A stretch of DNA of 64,000 bases from an uncultured bacterium (GTDB lineage Bacteria > SAR324 > NAC60-12), in NCBI GenBank assembly GCA_965662235.1, contig CBFIGY010000009.1, positions 30,300-94,299 of the forward strand, read 5' to 3'. The notes beneath the pieces were generated by a model, which saw only the letters and a program-made list of their open reading frames with translations, ran no database searches and was not told where the DNA came from. Positions 30,124 through 39,779 of the stretch are shown here, in pieces. Numbering within the stretch: the stretch's first letter is position 1; every line of letters begins with the position of its first letter. A program made the position numbers and the translations under genes.

Positions 30124-30876
30124 TCAGTAAGTGGCTCGTCCGCCACTGAGGTCGAAGACCCCTCCGGTGGTGAAGGAATTTTCCGGAGAGACCAGCCATG
30201 CCACCAGCGCCGCCGCCTCCTTAACCTCTAGGAAGCGGTTCCGGGGGATCTTGGAAAGCATGAAGTCGATGTGCTCCTGGGTCATCTGGTCAAAGATCCG
30301 GGTTCGGGCTGCAGCCGGGGTGATGCAGTTGACCGCCACATCCAGTCCGGCCAACTCTTTGCCTAGGGACTTCGTCATCGCGATGACCGCGGCCTTGGAG
30401 GCGCTGTAGGCGGACGCATTCGGGTTGCCCTCCTTTCCGGCAATCGAGGCCACGTTGACAATGCGGCCGTACTCCTGTGCGACCATCAGTGGAGCAATGC
30501 AACGGTTGCAGTGAAAGACTCCATTGATGTTGATGTCCATCACCTGCTGCCAGGCCTCCACCGGGTACTCCCAGAGCTTGTGGTTCGGACCCGCAATGCC
30601 CGCGTTCGCCACCAGGATGTCAATGCGCCCAAAGGCCGCCTGAGTCGCTGCAGTCGCCGCCTCCACCGAGGCAAGGTCGGCCACATCCACCTGCTGGGCG
30701 TTGAGGCGGTCAGACGGTTCCAGTTGGCTCAGGGCCTGCTCCAGCATGGCAGCATCCAAATCCCAGAGGCTGACGGATGCGCCGGATTCCAGCAGACGTT
30801 GGGCAATCGCGAGGCCAATTCCCTGCGCCGCGCCGGTGACAACGGCTTTTTGGCCATTCAGATCAATCTGGTTCAT
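30124..30876 (-). CDS. SDR, probable 2-keto-3-deoxy-L-rhamnonate dehydrogenase (LRA5-like)
   Basis: TGAAQGIG, NAGI, YSASK, C-terminal FDLSGGRATY; gene context. Confidence 0.75.
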   Translation of the reverse strand: MNQIDLNGQKAVVTGAAQGIGLAIAQRLLESGASVSLWDLDAAMLEQALSQLEPSDRLNAQQVDVADLASVEAATAATQAAFGRIDILVANAGIAGPNHKLWEYPVEAWQQVMDININGVFHCNRCIAPLMVAQEYGRIVNVASIAGKEGNPNASAYSASKAAVIAMTKSLGKELAGLDVAVNCITPAAARTRIFDQMTQEHIDFMLSKIPRNRFLEVKEAAALVAWLVSPENSFTTGGVFDLSGGRATY

Positions 30877-30924
30877 TCGAACCTCCTTTCAGAGTCAGAG
30901 AAGGAAAACATAAACGAAAGCGAG

Positions 30925-31938
30925 TCAGTTCCGGGAGGTGAAGCGCTGCACCACCAGCGGCAGGGCAATGGAGACAATCAGCAGTCCGCCAATGAAGATG
31001 GTCATGACGATTCCCGGGACATTCATCAGCCCGAGGCCGAAGGTGACCATGCCCATCAGGAACACGGCCAGCACCACCCCCAGAATTGTCCCGGAGCCTC
31101 CCATGATGCTGACGCCTCCGAGCACCACGACGGTGACCACTTCCAGCTCCCACGCCATGGCAATGTTGGGACGGGTGCTGCCAATGCGTCCGGTCAGCAG
31201 AACCGCGGCCAGGCCTGACATGAAGCCGCTTACCATGAACAGGGCCAGCCGGTAGCGGTCGACCGGAATGCCGGTGAAGCGTGCTGCGAGGGGGTTGTTG
31301 CCAATCGCATACAGATGCCGCCCGATGATCGTTCCATGCAGCACCATGCCGAAGAGCACGGCAAACCCGAGGAAAATGAGAAACTCCAAGGGAATCAGGC
31401 CAAAGGCGTAGTGCTGGCCCCAGAAGAGGAACTCCGCCGGGTAGCGCGTGAAGGCTTCATCGCCCAGAACCACATAGGCGATGCCCCGGTAGAGGGACAT
31501 CGTGCCAATGGTCACCACAATCGAAGGCACCGCAAAGCGAGTCACGATCCAGCCGTTCAGCCCTCCGGCCAGCACCCCAATGGCAATGCCAACCAGCGGC
31601 AGCACCTCCCCCGGCACTCCCGCCTGATGCGCCAAGCCGACGCCCACCGAGGCGAGCGCAATGATCGAAGCCACCGACAGGTCAATGTCTCGGCAGAGGA
31701 TGACCAGTGTCATGGAGAGGACAATCAGGGCCTTCTCAGAGAAGTTGACGGTGCTGTCGGCCAGGTTATACAAGTCCAGAAAGTAAGGCGAGAGGCTGGA
31801 GTTGACAACGACGACCCCCACCAGAAGCACCACCAGAAGCACCTCCCAGCGCAGTAGAATGTCCCGGACCCGGAGTGGCAAACGATCTGGAATGACGCGG
31901 GTGGCTTCCTTTGACAGCACTGACACAGGCCTATCCAT
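30925..31938 (-). CDS. rhaQ: Rhamnose-type sugar ABC permease
   Basis: IDLSVAS, PSIVVTIGT, AIGNN..AARFTGI, VVLGGVSI.GG.G. Confidence 0.8.
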   Translation of the reverse strand: MDRPVSVLSKEATRVIPDRLPLRVRDILLRWEVLLVVLLVGVVVVNSSLSPYFLDLYNLADSTVNFSEKALIVLSMTLVILCRDIDLSVASIIALASVGVGLAHQAGVPGEVLPLVGIAIGVLAGGLNGWIVTRFAVPSIVVTIGTMSLYRGIAYVVLGDEAFTRYPAEFLFWGQHYAFGLIPLEFLIFLGFAVLFGMVLHGTIIGRHLYAIGNNPLAARFTGIPVDRYRLALFMVSGFMSGLAAVLLTGRIGSTRPNIAMAWELEVVTVVVLGGVSIMGGSGTILGVVLAVFLMGMVTFGLGLMNVPGIVMTIFIGGLLIVSIALPLVVQRFTSRN

Positions 31939-32917
31939 GAGCAGGGGGCTCCGTAACCGGCAAAATGCGCTTCCCTTGTTGCTTCTCCTCCCGAGAGTTC
32001 ACCACAACAGCCGCAAGGATGACGGCTCCAGAGATCGCCATCTGCCAGAAGGGAGACACATTGATGACTGGGAGGGCGTTGTTGATCACACCCAGGAACA
32101 GCGCGCCCAGGATGCATCCGGCCACAGACCCAATTCCTCCGGCAATGCTGACTCCTCCAATCACGCATGCGGCCACAACCTGCAGCTCAAAACCCGACGC
32201 AATTTCCGTGTAGGCAATGGCATACCGGGCCACCCAGAGGTAGCCACACAGCCCGGCCGTTGCTCCAGTGATCGTGTAGACCAGCAGCTGACGTCGCGCA
32301 ATCGGAATGCCCACATAGACCGCGGCCTTGGGGTTGCCCCCGAGCGCATAAAGCTCCCGTCCCACGCGGCTGTGCTTCAGGAACCCATGCACCAGCAGCA
32401 GCATGAGCAGCGCCAGCCACGCCAGGTGCGTCAGCCCCAGCAGCCGCTCCCGGGGGAAGTCCAGAAAGGTCGCGGGCATCTCATGAGACGAAATCCACTC
32501 ACCGCCGCTGATGACAAAGATCAGCCCCCGGAACATGCTCAAGGTTCCAAGCGTCACAACAATCGGAGGAATCCCCAACCCCGCAATGAGGCTTCCGTTC
32601 AGCAGTCCAAGCACGGCCCCGTTGAGAATCGCGACCCCAATGAGTCCCACTAGCGGAAGGTCCGGAGCCACCTTTCCCAGCAGCGCCACCACCATGCCAC
32701 TCAGGGCCAAATTGGACGCCACAGAGAGGTCGATGCCTCGAGTCAAAATGACCAGCATCTGCGCCAGCGCCATCATTGTGAGAATGGCCACATCGGTAAG
32801 CAAGGCGTCCAGACTTTCCCACGAAAGGAAGACAGGCGCCCGGACCCCAATGAGCAGCATCAGGGTGAGGATCAGCCCACCAAGGACCAGCTCCCGATGG
32901 TGCGTGCGCCAGCTCAT
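31931..32917 (-). CDS. rhaP: Rhamnose-type sugar ABC permease
   Basis: GIDLSVASN, PPIVVTLGT, GYLWVARY, ACVIGGVSIAGG, SPFWQ. Confidence 0.82.
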   Translation of the reverse strand: MSWRTHHRELVLGGLILTLMLLIGVRAPVFLSWESLDALLTDVAILTMMALAQMLVILTRGIDLSVASNLALSGMVVALLGKVAPDLPLVGLIGVAILNGAVLGLLNGSLIAGLGIPPIVVTLGTLSMFRGLIFVISGGEWISSHEMPATFLDFPRERLLGLTHLAWLALLMLLLVHGFLKHSRVGRELYALGGNPKAAVYVGIPIARRQLLVYTITGATAGLCGYLWVARYAIAYTEIASGFELQVVAACVIGGVSIAGGIGSVAGCILGALFLGVINNALPVINVSPFWQMAISGAVILAAVVVNSREEKQQGKRILPVTEPPAHG

Positions 32918-34428
32918 GCGGCCTCCGGAAGGGGATTGTCCAGCGCCACCGCAACAATTTTCTCTGCAGAGGCTTCGTCGCGTGAAAACACCTGACCAAT
33001 CCGTCCGGACCGCATCACAGCAATGCGATCGGCCATGCCCAGCACCTCCGGAAGCTCCGAGCTGACGAGGATCACCGCAAGCCCCTGCTGGACCAGTTCG
33101 CCCATGAAGGCATGGACGGCCGACTTCGACCCCACGTCAATGCCCTTTGTGGGCTCATCCAAAATGATCACCTGCGGCTGCGTGGCGAGCCACTTTGCGA
33201 TCACGACCTTCTGCTGATTTCCACCTGAAAGCTCCTCCACGTGCTGGGCCCAGTTGGACGCCCGCAGGTCGAGCCGATTGCCATACTCCCGGGAAAGCGC
33301 CAGCTCGCGCTCGGAATTCAGCCGCCACCCCTGGACCACCGCCTTGAGGGTTGGCAGGGTAATGTTGTCTCGGATGCTCAACGGCAAGATGGCGCCGGAC
33401 CCCTGACGGTCTTCTGGAACATAGACAATGCCGGCTTGAATGGCATCTGCCGGCTGAGAGAGACGCAGCGGCTGCCCCTTGAGACGAATGGTGCCTCCGG
33501 AAGGACGAGTGAGCCCAAACAGCGCCTGCATGACCTCGGTCCGGCCAGCGCCAACGAGCCCGTAAAACCCAAGAATCTCGCCCGCACGCAACGAAAAGGA
33601 AATGTCGGCAAACTCAGTGGGATGCCGCAGGTTTTCCACTTCCAGCACCACAGGTCCGGGGGTCACCTCGACCTTGGGAAAGACCTGATCCACTGGGCGA
33701 CCGACCATCATCCGGACCAGATCGGCCTGCGACACGGCTCCCATTTCGCCGGTGCCCACCACCTCTCCGTCCCGGAGGACCACGTAGCGGTCGGCCAGCT
33801 CAAAGACTTCTTCAAACTTGTGGGAAATGAACAGGATGCCCTTTCCCTGCTCCCGGAGCCGTCGCACCATGCGGTAGAGGTCTTCAACCTCACGCTGCGA
33901 GAGGGCCGCGGTGGGCTCATCCATGATGACAATCTGGGCGTCATGCGAGAGCGCCCGGGCGATTTCGACAATGTGCCGCTGGGCAATGCTCAGGTTCTTG
34001 AGCAGCTCCTCTGGACGGAGGTCGACTTCCAGCTGGTCCAGCAGTTCCTGAGAACGACGCTTCATCTCGGCCCAGTCCACCCGCAGTCCCTTCTGAGGCA
34101 TGTGCCCAATGAAGATGTTTTCTGCGACGCTGAGCTCTTGAAACATCACGGTTTCTTGGTGAATGGCGGTGATGCCAGCGGTCCAGGCGTCGCGAGCGGA
34201 GTGGAGGCGAGTGGGGGTTCCGTTGAGGTGCAGGTGTCCTTCATCCGGAGTGTAGAGTCCGGTCAGGATCTTGACAAGGGTGGACTTACCGGCTCCATTT
34301 TCGCCAATGAGCGCCAGCACTTCTCCCGGATTCAGCTGAAAGGCCGCCTGATGCAACGCCCGGACTCCGGGGAAGCGTTTGCTGATGCCACTGAGTTCAA
34401 GGAGGGGAGCTGCGGTCACAGGAGCCAT
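32914..34428 (-). CDS. Sugar ABC ATP-binding protein (CUT2, RhaT-like)
   Basis: GENGAGKS, MDEPTA, LSGGNQQK, LDEPTKGIDVG. Confidence 0.93.
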   Translation of the reverse strand: MAPVTAAPLLELSGISKRFPGVRALHQAAFQLNPGEVLALIGENGAGKSTLVKILTGLYTPDEGHLHLNGTPTRLHSARDAWTAGITAIHQETVMFQELSVAENIFIGHMPQKGLRVDWAEMKRRSQELLDQLEVDLRPEELLKNLSIAQRHIVEIARALSHDAQIVIMDEPTAALSQREVEDLYRMVRRLREQGKGILFISHKFEEVFELADRYVVLRDGEVVGTGEMGAVSQADLVRMMVGRPVDQVFPKVEVTPGPVVLEVENLRHPTEFADISFSLRAGEILGFYGLVGAGRTEVMQALFGLTRPSGGTIRLKGQPLRLSQPADAIQAGIVYVPEDRQGSGAILPLSIRDNITLPTLKAVVQGWRLNSERELALSREYGNRLDLRASNWAQHVEELSGGNQQKVVIAKWLATQPQVIILDEPTKGIDVGSKSAVHAFMGELVQQGLAVILVSSELPEVLGMADRIAVMRSGRIGQVFSRDEASAEKIVAVALDNPLPEAA

Positions 34429-34440
34429 CTGGGTTGGGAA

Positions 34441-34478
34441 CGCCTCACCGCGGGAACCGGAATTCCTGCGGCAAGGCG
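34441..34478 (-). other. Intercistronic stem-loop downstream of the binding-protein gene
   Basis: CGCCT..CCGCGGGAA / TTCCTGCGG..AGGCG imperfect inverted repeat. Confidence 0.55.
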
Positions 34479-34503
34479 TCGGAGAGAAACGGATCCGACC
34501 GGA

Positions 34504-35487
34504 TCAGAAGATCTGGGCGAACTTGTCGATGTTGCCCTTGTCGAAGGTAAACGGCTCTGCCATGGCCGCTTCGCCATTCTCATCCACTGTGATGGTGCCC
34601 ATGCGTCCGGCGTCCACTTCGTTTCCGGAAACCTGCTCCTTGGCGTAGCGGTACCCGAGGTAGGTGGCGGTGTAGCCGAGGTCAATCGGATTCCAGATGG
34701 CGAAGGTGTCCACGGAACCGGCTTTGACGTGTCCGATCATCTCAGACGGCAACCCCAGTCCAGAGACATAGATCTGCCCCACGAGGTTCTTGTCTTCCAC
34801 CGCCTTGGCGGAAGCGGCAATGCCCACCGTGGTGGGAGCAATGATGCCTTTGAGGTTCGGGTGACTGCTGAACAGCCCCAGCGCCTCACGGTAGCTCTTG
34901 TCCGACTGGTCATCCCCATACACTGTGCTGACAAGCTTCAGGCCCTTGAATTCCGAATTCTTCAGGGTCTTCTTCATCTCATCAATCCAGATGTTCTGGT
35001 TGGTCGCCTGCGCCGTGGCACTCAGGATGGCGATCTCTCCCTTGCCTCCCAACGTGTCACTGATCATCTTGATCTGCTTGTAGCCGATCAGGGCATTGTT
35101 CGACGGATTGAGGTGCATCATCCGTCCCTCTTTGGCAATACCGGAGTCAAACGACACCACGGCAATGCCACGGCTCATCGCCCGCTTCGTGATCGGGACC
35201 AGCGCGTCCGGATCATTCGCCGAAATCACCAGCGCATCCACCCGCTGAGCAATCAACGAGTTGATGACCTCAATCTGACCTTCTGCCGTGGCCGCCGTGG
35301 GCCCCGTGTAGATCAACTCGACGTCACCCAACTCCTTGGCGGCGTCCATTCCCCCGTCTCGAGCCGCTTCAAAGAAGCCGTTGCCAAGGCTCTTCACCAC
35401 CATGGCAATCCGGGTCTGTGCTTGCAGCGGGACAGCAAGCAGGCTCAAGGCCGTAGCGGCAATAAATAGTGATTTCAACCGTTTCAT
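34504..35487 (-). CDS. rhaS: Rhamnose ABC substrate-binding protein (Rhizobium RhaS-type)
   Basis: Signal peptide; KSLGNGFF, AEGQIEVINSLIAQ, ATNQN.WI, YGDD, IIAPTTVG, GLGLPSEM, IWNPIDLGY. Confidence 0.88.
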   Translation of the reverse strand: MKRLKSLFIAATALSLLAVPLQAQTRIAMVVKSLGNGFFEAARDGGMDAAKELGDVELIYTGPTAATAEGQIEVINSLIAQRVDALVISANDPDALVPITKRAMSRGIAVVSFDSGIAKEGRMMHLNPSNNALIGYKQIKMISDTLGGKGEIAILSATAQATNQNIWIDEMKKTLKNSEFKGLKLVSTVYGDDQSDKSYREALGLFSSHPNLKGIIAPTTVGIAASAKAVEDKNLVGQIYVSGLGLPSEMIGHVKAGSVDTFAIWNPIDLGYTATYLGYRYAKEQVSGNEVDAGRMGTITVDENGEAAMAEPFTFDKGNIDKFAQIF

Positions 35488-35547
35488 GGGTCCTCCTGAG
35501 AGTGTGACGCTTGGGGATGAGCGATACCTGAGCACGAGAATTCGCAC

Positions 35548-35585
35548 TTGAGATATCATATACAATGTCTAATATTTGTTTAGAC
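35548..35585. promoter_or_regulatory. Candidate operator(s) in the rhaS/GntR divergent region
   Basis: TTGAGATATCATATACAA (35548-35565) and inverted repeat GTCTAA-N7-TTAGAC (35567-35585) in an AT-rich gap. Confidence 0.45.
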
Positions 35586-35682
35586 GACCTAAAGAGCAAG
35601 CACTTTTTTCCAAGTGCCGTACAATAAGGGCAACGGATCCCGCGTTCATTTGGAATCATCATTACAGAGGGGGAATTGATTC

Positions 35683-36360
35683 GTGCTGGAACTGGAGAAG
35701 CGTCCCAAGTCGCTGGTGGAGGCCTCGGTGGAGGCCATCCGCGACAGCATCATCCGGGGGGAGTTGGCGTTGGGGCAGGCTCTGACCGAGGCGGCCCTGT
35801 CGCAAGCGCTCGGCATCAGCAAGACGCCTGTCCGAGAGGCGCTGTCGCTGTTGAAATCAGAGGGCCTAGTGGTGTCGGAAACGCACAAGGGCTACAAGGT
35901 CTTTTCCATGGACCAGGCGCAGCTGGTGGAGTTTTGTGAGCTGCGCTTTGCCCTGGAGTCCCAAGCCCTTCGGTATGCGGCTGAACGGAACCAGGCGGAG
36001 CTGAGCGAGGCGTTGGACTCCGTTCTGGACCGTATGGAGGCGCACCTTCGGGGCTCTGACCGTGAGGCCTACCTGAGCCTGGATACCGAGTTTCACCGGA
36101 GCTTCTTCCTCAAGAGCGGCAACCGCTTTCTGCTGGAGCACTACGACCACATCAACTCCATGATCGAGACGATGCGACACTACATCTCTCACTCCGATGA
36201 AGCGACCCAAGCGTCGCTGGAGGGACACCGTAAAATGGCGCGGCTGATTCAGTCCGGCCCCCTAGAGGAGGCGATTCAGGAGCTGGAGGAACACATTGTG
36301 GCCTGGTCCCGACGCAACATCCTCGCGCCTCACCCTGAAGCCACCGCTCAAGTCGGTTGA
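35683..36360 (+). CDS. GntR-family (FCD) transcriptional regulator
   Basis: LGISKTPVREAL HTH; LD.EFH...GN FCD domain. Confidence 0.92.
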   Translation: MLELEKRPKSLVEASVEAIRDSIIRGELALGQALTEAALSQALGISKTPVREALSLLKSEGLVVSETHKGYKVFSMDQAQLVEFCELRFALESQALRYAAERNQAELSEALDSVLDRMEAHLRGSDREAYLSLDTEFHRSFFLKSGNRFLLEHYDHINSMIETMRHYISHSDEATQASLEGHRKMARLIQSGPLEEAIQELEEHIVAWSRRNILAPHPEATAQVG

Positions 36361-36410
36361 CCGCTCTGTGAGCGAAACCTTATTTTGATCACTCCAACCA
36401 CAAGGAACAC

Positions 36411-37256
36411 ATGAAGCTGCTGCGCTACGGAAACCCCGGCGAAGAAAAGCCTGGACTGCTGGATGCCGAAGGAACCCTCCGGGACCTTTCAGGCGTCATC
36501 ACCGACCTTGGAGGCGACACCCTGCTTCCGGAGAACCTCCAACAGCTCGCGGGCCTCGATCCCCAGTCGCTTCCGGAAGTGTCAGGGTCTCCGCGGATTG
36601 GCCCCTGCGTTCAGGGCGTGGGCAAGTTCATCTGCATCGGCCTCAACTATGCCGATCACGCTGCCGAGTCCGGCATGCAGGTGCCACCAGAGCCTGTGAT
36701 CTTCTTCAAGGCCACCAGCGCCATCTGCGGTCCCAACGACGAGGTCCGCATTCCACGAGGTTCTGAAAAGACGGACTGGGAAGTGGAGTTAGGGGTTGTG
36801 ATTGGCAAGCCCGCCAAGTACATCGACGAGGCTCAGGCGCTGGAGCACGTTGCCGGCTACTGTGTCGTCAACGACCTCTCTGAACGGGCCTTTCAGCTCG
36901 AACGTGCAGGGCAGTGGGTGAAGGGAAAGAGCTCTGACACCTTTGGACCAATCGGCCCCTGGCTGGTGACACGGGACGAGGTGCCGGATCCTCAGAACTT
37001 GGGAATGTGGCTGGACGTGGATGGGCACCGCTACCAGAACGGCAGCACCCAGACGATGGTCTATGGTGTCGCACACCTGGTGAGCTACCTCAGTCAGTTC
37101 TTCACCCTGCACCCCGGAGACATCATCTCGACCGGAACGCCCCCTGGCGTCGGCATGGGACAGAAACCTGACCCCATCTACCTCAAGCCCGGACAGACCA
37201 TGCGGCTCGGCATTGAAGGCTTGGGCGAACAGACGCAACGGACCGTCGCCGACTGA
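36411..37256 (+). CDS. Fumarylacetoacetate hydrolase-family protein (LRA6-like diketo-acid hydrolase)
   Basis: CIGLNYADH, DWEVELG, NDLSER, GKS.DTF.P.GP, TGTPPGVG. Confidence 0.88.
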   Translation: MKLLRYGNPGEEKPGLLDAEGTLRDLSGVITDLGGDTLLPENLQQLAGLDPQSLPEVSGSPRIGPCVQGVGKFICIGLNYADHAAESGMQVPPEPVIFFKATSAICGPNDEVRIPRGSEKTDWEVELGVVIGKPAKYIDEAQALEHVAGYCVVNDLSERAFQLERAGQWVKGKSSDTFGPIGPWLVTRDEVPDPQNLGMWLDVDGHRYQNGSTQTMVYGVAHLVSYLSQFFTLHPGDIISTGTPPGVGMGQKPDPIYLKPGQTMRLGIEGLGEQTQRTVAD

Positions 37257-37263
37257 TCCTCCC

Positions 37264-37288
37264 GGAGCCCTTGGTGCTCAGGGGCTCC
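37264..37288. terminator. Hairpin between convergent genes
   Basis: GGAGCCCTTG-gtgct-CAGGGGCTCC. Confidence 0.6.
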
Positions 37289-37675
37289 TCACTCCTCAAC
37301 AGGAGAGGCCGACGAGTTCCAGTCAGACTCGACCTGAGAGTAGATGTCGTCTAGGTCAATGACAATCTCCTCCCCAAACGAGTTGAAGGCGATCGTCTTG
37401 CCGTGCAGCTCCTCAATGGAGTCTTGGACAAACCCGATTGTCCGGACAATGCACACCTCTCCTTCCTCCAGAATCTGGGACAGCTCCTTCTTGAACGCGT
37501 GGATGCTCTCGCCCTTTGTTTTCTGGCCATCAGAGATGATGAAGCTCACCTCTCCCTTCTTGGAACCCGACTCCGGATACAGCGGACGCAGGCCATAGGA
37601 CACACAGATCGCCTCAAAGGCGGAGCGCTCTGTGACACGGAAGTAGTTGCTCCGGGACAGTTCAATGAATTTCAT
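37289..37675 (-). CDS. Hypothetical protein (128 aa)
   Basis: GAGAGGAG RBS before ATG 37675; MKFIELSRSNYFRV...IDLDDIY. Confidence 0.75.
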   Translation of the reverse strand: MKFIELSRSNYFRVTERSAFEAICVSYGLRPLYPESGSKKGEVSFIISDGQKTKGESIHAFKKELSQILEEGEVCIVRTIGFVQDSIEELHGKTIAFNSFGEEIVIDLDDIYSQVESDWNSSASPVEE

Positions 37676-37745
37676 GGGGACTCCTCTCAAGGAAAGAGAT
37701 GCAGGCTCCCCACGAAAATGCAAAAAATGGGCTTTTTCAGGTAGG

Positions 37746-38771
37746 TCAGGTAGGAGCATGGAGGTGTTCACGGACCAGCTGCTCCAGTCCAGAAACCCAC
37801 GCCGGATGCGCATTGAGGGAAGGAATGAGCTGGAGGTGCTCGCCTCCGGCTTCTTGAAACGTTTCCAGCGCCTCCTCTCCAATCTCTTCGAGCGTCTCCA
37901 AGCAGTCTGCCACAAACGCTGGACAGAAGACGGCGAGCCGTTTCTTTCCTGCCTGCCCCAACTCTTCAATCACATGATCCGTGTAAGGCTTGAGCCACGG
38001 ATCCCGTCCCAGCCGAGACTGAAAGGACACCGACCAGCTTCCTGCCGGTAGCCCCAGCAGCTCCGCCAGACGCTGTGCCGTGTGGTGACACTGGGCGCTG
38101 TAGCAGTTTCGGTTTTCCGGACGCAAGGTGGCACAGCAGTCCGGCTGCGTCAGGCACCACTTCCCGGTGTCATCGCTTTTGCGGACGTGCCGTTCAGGGA
38201 CCCCGTGGAAGCTGAAGAGCACATGGTCCGGAGTCTCCTTCAGGTACGGCGCTCCGACTTCGGCAAAGGCCTGAAGGAACTCGGTCCGGTCAAAAAATGG
38301 AGGAACAATGTCTAGGTGCGGGGTGTTCCAGTGCTGGCTGGCTTCCTCATAGACCGCCTGAATCGCTGACCCAGACGAACTCGAAGCATACTGCGGGAAC
38401 AGCGGCACCACCACCACGCGGTCGCATTCGGTCTGCCGCAGCTCCGTCATGGCGACCTCAATGGAAGGGTTGCCATACCGCATGGCCAGCACCACCGGCA
38501 CCTCTCCCATGCGGTCCTGCAGCGCGCTCTGCAGCTGCTGTCCGTAAACCAGAAGCGGGGATCCTTCCGCGGTCCAGACCGTCTGGTACACCTTCGCCGA
38601 CTTGCGGGATCGGATGGGGAGAATGATGAGGTTCAGCAGCAGCCACCGCAGCACCGGGTTGATGTCAATGACCCGAGGGTCGCTCAGGAATTGCTTCAGG
38701 TACCGTCGCACCTCCGGAGGGCGGGGCGCGTCCGGGGTTCCTAGGTTCACCAGCAGGATTCCAGTCTTCAT
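37746..38771 (-). CDS. hemH: Ferrochelatase
   Basis: LLVNLGTP, MRYGNP, PLFPQY, FSFHGVP, FQSRLG..PWL.P, FVADCLETLEEI. Confidence 0.96.
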   Translation of the reverse strand: MKTGILLVNLGTPDAPRPPEVRRYLKQFLSDPRVIDINPVLRWLLLNLIILPIRSRKSAKVYQTVWTAEGSPLLVYGQQLQSALQDRMGEVPVVLAMRYGNPSIEVAMTELRQTECDRVVVVPLFPQYASSSSGSAIQAVYEEASQHWNTPHLDIVPPFFDRTEFLQAFAEVGAPYLKETPDHVLFSFHGVPERHVRKSDDTGKWCLTQPDCCATLRPENRNCYSAQCHHTAQRLAELLGLPAGSWSVSFQSRLGRDPWLKPYTDHVIEELGQAGKKRLAVFCPAFVADCLETLEEIGEEALETFQEAGGEHLQLIPSLNAHPAWVSGLEQLVREHLHAPT

Positions 38772-38792
38772 AAAGGCTTCAGGTGAGAAAAA

Positions 38793-39779
38793 TCATTGAG
38801 AGAAACGGATGAGCAGCTGTTCTGCTGCAGCCAGTCCCGAAAGGGTGGCGCCTTCCACACGGGCGTGCCCAAAGGCATCACCGGCCAGCGCGAGGGGCAA
38901 GACGCACTCCGGGAGGTAATAAGGCTGGGGCCACGGGTTCTGGGGTTGGCTGTAGAGCCAGCGGTGCAGCTGCGTCTCCTTGGCTTGAAAGGACACATGA
39001 GCCTGCGCGGCTTCAATCATCTGCTGCGCAGTGGCTTGCGGGTCAGCTTCCCAGTGAGCCGCACTGAACTGAGGACCGGCGTGCAGGGTGAGGGCCGGCT
39101 GTTCCGAAACGCCCTTGCGTGCATTGTCCGCAATCCAGGCCAGCGGTTCGGCCTGAAGCTGCAGGGCTCCAGGCTCCGGAAGCTCCGGGCGCGTTTCCAC
39201 GACCACCAGAGCCGCCAGGCAAGGATCGTAGTGCAGAGACTCTAGGTTCTTCTGATCCTGCTGCGTGAGTTCCAGGTTTCCGGAGCGCAGCAGCGCCAGG
39301 CTCTGAGGCACCGGCGCCGTCAGCAACAGCCCATCGGCAACAAGCGCCTCACCCGATTCCAGAGTCAGGTGCCAGCCATCGTCCTGCAGGTGCAGGGTCT
39401 GAACCCGAGCCTGCGTCCGGACCGTCAGCTGCGCCGCAAGGTGCTTGGCAATCGCCGTCATTCCCTGTGGGCAGACGTAACGTGGGTGCCCATCGAGTTT
39501 GCCAAAGCCACGGGACCATTCCCGGACGAGCTCCAGAGTCTTCCACTGCTGAACCCATTCCGCAAAGAGCGGGTCCCGGACCGTGAAGAACTGAGCGCCA
39601 TGGTCCAGAAGCGCAGGTCCAGAAGCGGTATTGATGCGGCGGGTTGCCATTCGTCCCCCCACCCCGCGACCCTTGTCCAGCACCGTCACCTGCAGCCCAA
39701 AAGCCTGGAGCTCCGTTGCTGCCATCAGTCCGGAGATACCGGCTCCCACGACCACACAGTGTTTTCCGGCCAGCGTCAT
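38793..39779 (-). CDS. Renalase-like NAD(P)/FAD-dependent oxidoreductase
   Basis: VGAGISG, DKGRGVGGRMATRR, DHGAQFFT, HRWLYS, AGD...RVEGA.LSG. Confidence 0.9.
   Translation of the reverse strand: MTLAGKHCVVVGAGISGLMAATELQAFGLQVTVLDKGRGVGGRMATRRINTASGPALLDHGAQFFTVRDPLFAEWVQQWKTLELVREWSRGFGKLDGHPRYVCPQGMTAIAKHLAAQLTVRTQARVQTLHLQDDGWHLTLESGEALVADGLLLTAPVPQSLALLRSGNLELTQQDQKNLESLHYDPCLAALVVVETRPELPEPGALQLQAEPLAWIADNARKGVSEQPALTLHAGPQFSAAHWEADPQATAQQMIEAAQAHVSFQAKETQLHRWLYSQPQNPWPQPYYLPECVLPLALAGDAFGHARVEGATLSGLAAAEQLLIRFSQ

Noticed and set aside
37718..37736. Sigma-54-like AAGCCCATTTTTTGCA (minus strand) before the orphan gene
   Set aside because: The -12 element is good, but the invariant -24 GG is AG.
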